From: a virus
Taxonomy: Duplodnaviria > Caudoviricetes
DNA length: 35,962 bases
Direction: 5' to 3' (one strand)
IMG/VR virus record: IMGVR_UViG_3300032024_000154
Location: 1-35,962 of that record
Under the pieces are notes generated by a model. The model saw only the letters and a list, made by a program, of their open reading frames with translations. It had not been told where the DNA came from and searched no databases. A program made the position numbers and the translations under genes. This document shows, piece after piece, positions 28,603 to 34,418 of this stretch. The first letter of the stretch is position 1. Every line of letters begins with the position of its first letter.

Positions 28603-28633
28603 GTGGGTGGGTGGATGGGTGGATGGGTGGGTG
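28603..28633. repeat. (TGGG/TGGA)n tract; CA-rich leader on mRNA strand
   Basis: gtgggtgggtggatgggtggatgggtgggtg; similar tract at 26929-26946. Confidence 0.7.
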
Positions 28634-28635
28634 AT

Positions 28636-28869
28636 TTATTTGGAGGGTTCCGGTTTCAGGCCAAGAATGATGGCGGCGCGATGGGCCGCGCCGCGGCGGC
28701 CTTTTTGCTTGCCACGCACCAGGTCAACCAGGGTGTGGCGAGGCACCTGGTGCTGGCGCGCCAGTTCGGACACGTTCACGCCGTGGTCGAGCAGCCACTG
28801 GTGCGCGCTCTCTGGCGTCTGCGGGTAGGGCAGGCGCGTCGGGGCAGGCGGTTTGGGGGTGCGTTTCAT
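28636..28869 (-). CDS. Ner/Cro-like DNA-binding protein (BcepMu gp16-like, 77 aa)
   Basis: G..VSELAR.H......V.L.RG..KGRRG.AHRAA..LGLK motif. Confidence 0.85.
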   Translation of the reverse strand: MKRTPKPPAPTRLPYPQTPESAHQWLLDHGVNVSELARQHQVPRHTLVDLVRGKQKGRRGAAHRAAIILGLKPEPSK

Positions 28870-28925
28870 GGCTTTTTTGTGGTAACTTGCGGTGTTACAG
28901 GGGATCAATTAATCAGGAGGAAGTC

Positions 28926-29255
28926 ATGCCGGATGAACCAGATATGCAATCGCCGCTCACATCACAGCAACTGGAAGAATGGGTGGGTGTGGTGGAGGAC
29001 AAGGCTTGGGACGCACAGGCAGAGACATCAGCCTGCCGCTTTCTGCTCGGAAATCTGCTTGCCGAGTTGCAAGGCATGGGGCTGCTTGATGCCAGTGCAT
29101 TCATCACAAAGCTGCGCTCGGCACTGCCGCCAGACATGGACAACGCGCAGACGCGGATAGGCATTGCTGATTTGCTGGATGATCTGCAGCTGTTTTTTCA
29201 CGGGCAGCCCAAGAGCAGCCCGGGCGAAGGCAGTCCAGGCGGTGTGTCCCATTAG
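28926..29255 (+). CDS. small acidic helical accessory protein (109 aa), antisense to early operon
   Basis: AGGAGG RBS before ATG 28926. Confidence 0.75.
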   Translation: MPDEPDMQSPLTSQQLEEWVGVVEDKAWDAQAETSACRFLLGNLLAELQGMGLLDASAFITKLRSALPPDMDNAQTRIGIADLLDDLQLFFHGQPKSSPGEGSPGGVSH

Positions 29256-29337
29256 GGTGAACGCGGCAAAGCTGTGCGGGGCGTGGCATGTACACATCAA
29301 ATTTCTTTGCGGGGTCCTTGGGTTTAATGAGGGTCAT
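29104..29337 (-). CDS. first ORF after early promoter (77 aa), overlaps + strand gene
   Basis: AAAGGAC-A7-ATG start; most of the ORF is antisense to 28926-29255. Confidence 0.4.
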   Translation of the reverse strand: MTLIKPKDPAKKFDVYMPRPAQLCRVHPNGTHRLDCLRPGCSWAAREKTAADHPANQQCLSASARCPCLAAVPSAAL

Positions 29338-29388
29338 TTTTTTTGTCCTTTGCTGTGGTTGATTGCGGGTATCTGTGGGTCTGAATGA

Positions 29389-29418
29389 ATTATGCGGCAC
29401 GTTCGTTTCTAATGTCAA
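29389..29418 (-). promoter_or_regulatory. early lytic promoter (sigma70)
   Basis: minus-strand TTGACA (29418-29413), 18 nt, CATAAT (29394-29389) in AT-rich divergent region. Confidence 0.75.
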
Positions 29419-29438
29419 TAATTATTTGAGGAATATTT

Positions 29439-29843
29439 GCGCCTCTTATTTCTGATCGTTTGCGCAAACAGCGAGAAATGCTCGGTTTGAGTCAGCAGGC
29501 GCTGGCAGACCGCTGCAATATCTCGGCGCGATCGCAGCGCAATTACGAGTCAGGCGAGCGACTGCCAGACGCCGCCTACCTGGCAGCGCTGGCTACCCTT
29601 GGGGTGGACGTCCTTTACATCCTCACTGGGAGGCACGCGGCTGCGCGGTACACGACCGCTAGGTCTACCGCTGGACTGCAAGTGTGCGAACCTGACCCGC
29701 CGCCTTATCTGAGTCCGATCTCCAGGCGCGAGCGCGCGTTGCTAGACAACTACGAGGCAGCCGACGAAGCGGGGAAAAAAGTCATCGAGGGCACGGCAGG
29801 TCTGGCAGCGCAACCGAAGGCCGCGCGATGCGGCAGCAAATGA
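29439..29843 (+). CDS. Xre/CI-type repressor (start codon anomalous)
   Basis: ISDRLRKQREMLGLSQQALA...YESGERLPDAAYL...GVDVLYILTG; first canonical start is TTG 29460, but GAGGA RBS points to GCG 29439. Confidence 0.88.
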   Translation, partial: APLISDRLRKQREMLGLSQQALADRCNISARSQRNYESGERLPDAAYLAALATLGVDVLYILTGRHAAARYTTARSTAGLQVCEPDPPPYLSPISRRERALLDNYEAADEAGKKVIEGTAGLAAQPKAARCGSK

Positions 29844-29872
29844 GACTGTTTTTTAAGTGGGAGTATTGAGTC

Positions 29873-30298
29873 GTGAAAATCAAAATACTGTGGGCCGCCT
29901 TGCTGCTGGCCACCTCGCCCGCCTGGGCCATCAATAAATGCACCGGGCCCGATGGCAAGGTAACCTACCAGGAAGCCGTGTGCGAAGGGGGCAAGAAGAT
30001 AAACATCAGCGGCGCTGGCCAGGCCGATCCGAGTTCAAACGTGTCGAACTACTGGAGACGCGAGATCGCACGCCAGACTCGCAATGAAAAAGTGGAGTCG
30101 GCCATTTCCGAGGGCCGTGTGTTCATTGGCATGGAGGCCGACGATGCGCGCCGGTCATGGGGGAATCCCACCAAGATCAATACGTCAATTGGCAGCTACG
30201 GCAAGCACGAGCAATGGGTGTACGAGCGCAGGAATTCCAGGTCTCAGTACGTTTACATTGAAAACGGCGTGGTGACCAGCACGCAGTCGCCGGAGTAG
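29873..30298 (+). CDS. exported DUF4124-like protein with C-terminal small beta domain
   Basis: signal peptide ending AWA; INKC.GPDGKVTYQ..C; IGM...A..SWG.P...EQWVY. Confidence 0.8.
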   Translation: MKIKILWAALLLATSPAWAINKCTGPDGKVTYQEAVCEGGKKINISGAGQADPSSNVSNYWRREIARQTRNEKVESAISEGRVFIGMEADDARRSWGNPTKINTSIGSYGKHEQWVYERRNSRSQYVYIENGVVTSTQSPE

Positions 30299-30395
30299 TT
30301 GTGACCTGAAAAACCGGTGAAGAAATGTTTGAGTTTTTTGCCACCAACAACCGGGCTGCCATGCCTGGCGCTTTGATTACGAAAAGGGAAAAATC

Positions 30396-30688
30396 ATGAA
30401 TGAACTGGCCTCTGGCGTCTATCTGATCTATGGCGCAATCATTCTCGGCGGAGCACTGGTTATCGGGCTATGGAAAGGGCGCGTTCTGGCGGCCCTGCTC
30501 TGGTCTGTCGTCCTCGGCCCGATAGGCTGGGCATCGTGGCCTTGGGCCCCAACCTAAAGGCGGTGCAGTCGGTCGATTGCCCGCACTGTGGCAAGACGCT
30601 GCCGATGCACCAGGTCGATTGCAATCACTGTGCCAATAAAGTTACATGGATCGCCGGCAAAGCGCGCAAGCCGTCACGCGTTGCCTAG
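30396..30688 (+). pseudogene. membrane protein with C-terminal Zn ribbon, frameshifted at ~30529-30531
   Basis: ATG 30396 frame gives TM-KGR-TM-LGPIGW and stops soon after; adding 1 nt continues IVALGP...CPHC..CNHC to TAG 30688. Confidence 0.7.
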
Positions 30689-31016
30689 CTGGAGTCGTCT
30701 CAAAAGCAGCAGATGAACCGAGTCCTGGCGTGCGAGGCGATGTTGGTGGCCGTCGTTCGACGGCTTGCGCCTCAGGCTCTGGCGGGGGTTTTGGAGGAAT
30801 ACGACGCGGCGATTGATAGAGCGGCCGCGCAGCTTGATCCGGCGCTGCAGATGCCGGATGTCTGGCAGCAAATGTCAGACGGGCTAAGAGACTTTGCAAA
30901 ATCTGTTGACTCTGCGCTGGGCATGCAGCAGAGCCAAAAACCCGGCGCAGGCTGACCCGGCCGAACGCGCGGTCCATCGCCTCGGCGTCTTGAAAAATGG
31001 GGGCGCTGCGACTCAT
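30642..31016 (-). CDS. ORF with N-terminal copy of tail-tip motif; rest antisense to + strand genes
   Basis: residues 7-28 match tail protein residues 39-60 (15/22 identical); ATG 9 nt after upstream stop; weak RBS. Confidence 0.5.
   Translation of the reverse strand: MSRSAPIFQDAEAMDRAFGRVSLRRVFGSAACPAQSQQILQSLLARLTFAARHPASAAPDQAARPLYQSPRRIPPKPPPEPEAQAVERRPPTSPRTPGLGSSAAFETTPARQRVTACALCRRSM
30713..30955 (+). CDS. small helical accessory protein (80 aa)
   Basis: amphipathic helical sequence; last gene in repressor-orientation cluster; 5' end uncertain. Confidence 0.7.
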   Translation: MNRVLACEAMLVAVVRRLAPQALAGVLEEYDAAIDRAAAQLDPALQMPDVWQQMSDGLRDFAKSVDSALGMQQSQKPGAG

Positions 31017-31025
31017 GCCACGGGC

Positions 31026-31109
31026 CTATGCACTGTGGTCATCGTCTGGCGGCTTGCGCGGCCCGCCCTGCATGAGCCAGACCCACAAGTAAAACCAGAT
31101 CGGGTTCAT
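31026..31109 (-). CDS. 27-aa hydrophobic peptide (MNPIWFYLWVWLMQGGPRKPPDDDHSA)
   Basis: ATGA overlap with stop of upstream holin-like gene. Confidence 0.45.
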   Translation of the reverse strand: MNPIWFYLWVWLMQGGPRKPPDDDHSA

Positions 31110-31288
31110 GCTTGCCCCTTGGCGGTTGCCTTTTGCGTGACGTTGCCGGCGATGTAGGCGCCCACCGTGGCAATGACCACGGCCGAGTAAACGCCGTCGG
31201 CAATGTGGCCAAACCACGTCAGCAGGGTTGCGCTGAGCAGCGCGAACAGCGCGAGCAGGAATTTGCGGCTGGATAGGCGAGCGATCAT
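31106..31288 (-). CDS. holin-like two-TM protein (60 aa)
   Basis: AAGGAG RBS; SRKF-TM-G.I-TM-YI.GN..QK pattern of small phage membrane proteins. Confidence 0.75.
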   Translation of the reverse strand: MIARLSSRKFLLALFALLSATLLTWFGHIADGVYSAVVIATVGAYIAGNVTQKATAKGQA

Positions 31289-31304
31289 GGGTTTCTCCTT
31301 AAGA

Positions 31305-31390
31305 GCCTGCATCGTGCGCCTCACAACGCGCAGGCAATAAACAAAGCGCTTTATTCACGCGCCCGCACGCGCCCGCGCGAACATGTGGAC
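31305..31390. promoter_or_regulatory. bidirectional late promoter around Mor/C-type dyad
   Basis: AAAGCGCTTT 31343-31352; -10-like GAACAT (+, 31379-31384) and CACGAT (-, 31316-31311), each starting 31.5 bp from dyad centre. Confidence 0.7.
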
Positions 31391-31606
31391 ATGCCGACAA
31401 AGACCACGCCGTCACAGCCACAGCCCCTGCAAAAGTGCAGCGACTGCGCGCGCTTTTCTACCGAGCATGCATCGCTGGCGCACCTGGGTTTTGGGCAGTG
31501 CAATTTGCAGCCTGGCTACACGCAGATGAGCGTGTACGCACCCTGCCATTTCGCCGCAAGCCGGTTCGAGCCCAGACCCATTACCACCACCAGGAGCCCC
31601 GCATGA
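31391..31606 (+). CDS. small Cys-rich protein (71 aa), probably leaderless
   Basis: CSDC...C...C pattern; ATG 6 nt after -10; ATGA overlap with holin. Confidence 0.65.
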   Translation: MPTKTTPSQPQPLQKCSDCARFSTEHASLAHLGFGQCNLQPGYTQMSVYAPCHFAASRFEPRPITTTRSPA

Positions 31607-31980
31607 ATGACCCCATACCCACCCGCCGCCGCTCGCCGCTGCGCATGAGTGACTGGCTGCTTGCCGCCGTGCTGCTGACGGCGCTGGTGTGGCTGATCGC
31701 GCCGCAGCAGCTCCCGGTGAGCATCTACAAGCTCAGCCTGGTGGCGCTGGCGGCGGTGGCGGGCTACTGGATTGACCGCAGCCTGTTCCCCTATGCGCGG
31801 CCCGATGTGTTTTTGACGGTTGAGACGGAAGACGACGATTTCAATTTCGACGACGATGAGGCGAGCGTCATGCTGCATGCCGCACCCCATGACACGCTGA
31901 TGCGGGTGATGGGGGTTTGCATGTTGCGCCGCGCGATCATTGTGGCGGCGACGATGCTGGCGGTGGGGCTGGGGGCGTGA
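31603..31980 (+). CDS. putative holin (2/3-TM family of Mu-like phages)
   Basis: AGGAG RBS; PQQLPV..YKLSLV...GYW.DRSLFPYARP...RRAIIV; precedes endolysin. Confidence 0.85.
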   Translation: MNDPIPTRRRSPLRMSDWLLAAVLLTALVWLIAPQQLPVSIYKLSLVALAAVAGYWIDRSLFPYARPDVFLTVETEDDDFNFDDDEASVMLHAAPHDTLMRVMGVCMLRRAIIVAATMLAVGLGA

Positions 31981-32627
31981 TGATCAGGCGCGGCATATTC
32001 TGGTGGACCGTTGTGCTTGTCGCGACGGCGCTGCTGGAGGTGGGCGTTCTGGTTGCGGCGGCGCTGCTGCTGGCGAGTCAGGCTAAAGCGCAAGTCCCCG
32101 CCGGCGCGGCGCGCTACCGGCTGGAGCTGGTGCGCGCGGCGCACAGCCAGTGGGGACTGGCCGCGCCGGTGGCAGTGCTGGCGGCGCAGGTGCACCAGGA
32201 AAGCGGCTGGCGCCCGGAGGCGTTAAGCCGTGTCGGCGCGAGCGGGCTGGCGCAGTTCATGCCCGCAACCGCTGCCTGGTGGTGCGGCCGCGACGGCCTT
32301 GACGCCGCTGCCTGCCTGCCGCAAAACCCGACCTGGGCGCTGCGCGCGCTGGTGGGCTATGACAAATACCTGCGCGATCTGACGCCCGAGCGCTATGACG
32401 AGCGCGACCGGATGTGGGTGGCGCTGCGCGGCTACAACGGCGGCCTGGGCCACTGGCGCGCCGAGGCCGCGCGCACCGGGCAAAAGCTGCCGACGCGCGA
32501 GCAGGTTGATGCGGCCTGCGGCAGCGCCAGGCGCAGCGCCGTGCACTGCCCGGAAAACCTGGGCTACCCGCGCCGCATCCTGCAGGTGCTGCAGCCGCGC
32601 TATGCCGGGTGGGGGCCGGGCCTGTGA
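31980..32627 (+). CDS. endolysin, SLT lytic transglycosylase with N-terminal hydrophobic anchor
   Basis: QVHQESGW (catalytic E), GLAQFMPATA, YNGGLG motifs. Confidence 0.92.
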   Translation: MIRRGIFWWTVVLVATALLEVGVLVAAALLLASQAKAQVPAGAARYRLELVRAAHSQWGLAAPVAVLAAQVHQESGWRPEALSRVGASGLAQFMPATAAWWCGRDGLDAAACLPQNPTWALRALVGYDKYLRDLTPERYDERDRMWVALRGYNGGLGHWRAEAARTGQKLPTREQVDAACGSARRSAVHCPENLGYPRRILQVLQPRYAGWGPGL

Positions 32628-33190
32628 ATCCGCTTCAATGGCTATCCGGCTGGAGCACGCCCTACATTGCCGCGGCCGCGTTTGCGGGCGGTCTGGCGCT
32701 GGCCGGGCCAGCCGCCTGGTATGTGGGTCGTTTGCCGCTGCAGGCCGAGCTGGCCGAGCAGCATGAGGCAGCGGCGCGCCAGCAATTGCGCATGGCCGAG
32801 CGCGCTGCCGAGGTGCTGCAGACCGCCGCGGACCGGGGCGATGCCTTGAGCACCGCTCTGGCGCAAAGCCAGGCGCAGATTGATCAACTTTCAAGGAGAC
32901 GACGCGATGCGATCACTAAAAATACCACTGGCCGCGCTTGCCTTGACGGGCCTGCTCTACGGCTGCTCAACGGCGCCCCTGGCCTCAGTGTCAGTGGTCT
33001 GCCCGAGGCCGCCAGCGGCGCTGCTGCAGCGGATGGGGCCGCTGCCGCCAATACCGACAAGCCCGACAGCGGCGCGGCCAGTATTACAAGCACCGACGCC
33101 GACATCACTGGATGGGCGCTTGACGCCGGAGCACAGTACGCAACTTGCCGCGCCCGGCTCGACACGCTGATTGACTGGTTTTCAAAATGA
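32624..33190 (+). CDS. i-spanin (Rz-like)
   Basis: N-terminal TM then coiled coil; follows endolysin with GTGA overlap. Confidence 0.75.
   Translation: MNPLQWLSGWSTPYIAAAAFAGGLALAGPAAWYVGRLPLQAELAEQHEAAARQQLRMAERAAEVLQTAADRGDALSTALAQSQAQIDQLSRRRRDAITKNTTGRACLDGPALRLLNGAPGLSVSGLPEAASGAAAADGAAAANTDKPDSGAASITSTDADITGWALDAGAQYATCRARLDTLIDWFSK
32907..33170 (+). CDS. o-spanin (Rz1-like) lipoprotein embedded in +1 frame
   Basis: AAGGAG RBS, signal peptide with lipobox LYG-C, Pro-rich mature part. Confidence 0.75.
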   Translation: MRSLKIPLAALALTGLLYGCSTAPLASVSVVCPRPPAALLQRMGPLPPIPTSPTAARPVLQAPTPTSLDGRLTPEHSTQLAAPGSTR

Positions 33191-33540
33191 CGATTGAACT
33201 CTGGCACGTTGTGCTGCTGTCGCTGGCTGTGTTGAGTGGTTTTTGGGCGCTGACCAAGATCATCGCCACGCAATTCGAACGCAACCTGGCCGTCAACCAC
33301 AAGCAGATCGGCGACCGTCTGGAGCGGATTGAGCTGGTCAACCGCGAGGATGCCAGCGAGTGGCAGCGCGTGGAGCGCGACCTGCTGCGTTTTCAGGCGG
33401 ACCTGCCGCTGAACTATGTGCGGCGCGAGGACTACATACGCGGCCAGAGCGTGATCGAGGCCAAGCTCGACGGGCTGGCCGACAAGGTTGACAAGGCCCA
33501 ACTGCGCGCAATCATCAACGGAGGCAAAAATGCAAATTGA
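33187..33540 (+). CDS. membrane-anchored coiled-coil protein (Mu gp25-like position)
   Basis: N-terminal TM; LP..YVRREDY...IEAKLD motif. Confidence 0.75.
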   Translation: MTIELWHVVLLSLAVLSGFWALTKIIATQFERNLAVNHKQIGDRLERIELVNREDASEWQRVERDLLRFQADLPLNYVRREDYIRGQSVIEAKLDGLADKVDKAQLRAIINGGKNAN

Positions 33541-33838
33541 CCATGCACGGCTGCGGCGCGAGGCGCTGCGCTGGCTGATTATCCTGACGCTCAACAACGC
33601 GCGCCCGGTGGGCGCGTTTGAGCACCTGGTGCTGACGGTGGCGCAGAGCGAATACCCGGACGCCTCGGTGCTGGAGCTGCGGCGCGAGCTCGACTATCTG
33701 GCCGAACGCGAGCTCATTAGCCTGAACAAGCAGCCCAATGGCAAGTGGTTTTGCGCGCTGAGGCGCCTGGGCATAGACGTGGCCGAATACACGGTGGACT
33801 GTGAGCCCGGCGTGGCGCGTCCGGCCAAATACTGGTAA
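33530..33838 (+). CDS. Mu gp26-like winged-helix protein (102 aa)
   Basis: GGAGG RBS; RRELDYL..R.L...G.DVAE...PGVARP. Confidence 0.8.
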   Translation: MQIDHARLRREALRWLIILTLNNARPVGAFEHLVLTVAQSEYPDASVLELRRELDYLAERELISLNKQPNGKWFCALRRLGIDVAEYTVDCEPGVARPAKYW

Positions 33839-33845
33839 CTCAGCC

Positions 33846-34418
33846 ATGGGCCGCAAATCAACCATTTCCCGGCTGCCGCCGGATGTAAAAAGCTACATCG
33901 AGGGCAGGCTGGCGGCGGGCCGCCACACGCTCGACGAGCTGATTGCCGACCTGCACGCGCGCTTTCCAGAGCAGCAGCAGGCGGGCGACCTGCCCAGCCG
34001 CGCCGCGGTGCACCGCTACGGCCAAAAGCTGGAGCGCCGCCTGAGCGCGATTCGCGCCAGCACCGAGGCCGCGAAGATCATCCAGGCGCAGGCGGGCGAC
34101 AACAATGATGCGCGCAGCGAGGCGCTGACGGCGCTGATCCAGACCGAGCTGTTTGAAGCCATCCTCAACCTGCAGGAGGCCGACGATCCGGAAGCCGACC
34201 CGGCTGATCGCGTGGGCATGCTGAGCACGGCGGCCAAGAACATTGCCACGCTGACGCGCTCAAGCGTCAACCTCAAGCAGTTTCAAGCGAAGGTGGAGGA
34301 TGAAACCCGCCGCAAGCTGCTGGAAGAGCAGCGCGCCAAGCTTGATGCCATGGGCAGCAAGGGCGGTGTGACCGAAGACACCAAGAAGGCCATCCGCGAA
34401 GCGCTGGGGATAAGCTGA
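33846..34418 (+). CDS. small terminase, Mu gp27/DUF3486-like
   Basis: MGRKSTI..LP, SRAAVHRYG motifs; directly before TerL. Confidence 0.85.
   Translation: MGRKSTISRLPPDVKSYIEGRLAAGRHTLDELIADLHARFPEQQQAGDLPSRAAVHRYGQKLERRLSAIRASTEAAKIIQAQAGDNNDARSEALTALIQTELFEAILNLQEADDPEADPADRVGMLSTAAKNIATLTRSSVNLKQFQAKVEDETRRKLLEEQRAKLDAMGSKGGVTEDTKKAIREALGIS

Noticed and set aside
28882-28898. GTAAC-N7-GTTAC inverted repeat before the Ner-like gene
   Set aside because: Could be an operator, but arms are only 5 bp and no second copy was found.
30325-30399. 24-aa ORF overlapping the ATG at 30396
   Set aside because: Too short and without a convincing RBS.
30933-30998. DGR template/variable repeat pair with 8012-8077
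   Set aside because: Mismatches are not adenine-specific, the target is N-terminal, and no reverse transcriptase is in the window.
32907-33170. Nested gene as a novelty
   Set aside because: Embedded Rz/Rz1 spanin arrangement is well established; listed as a feature only.
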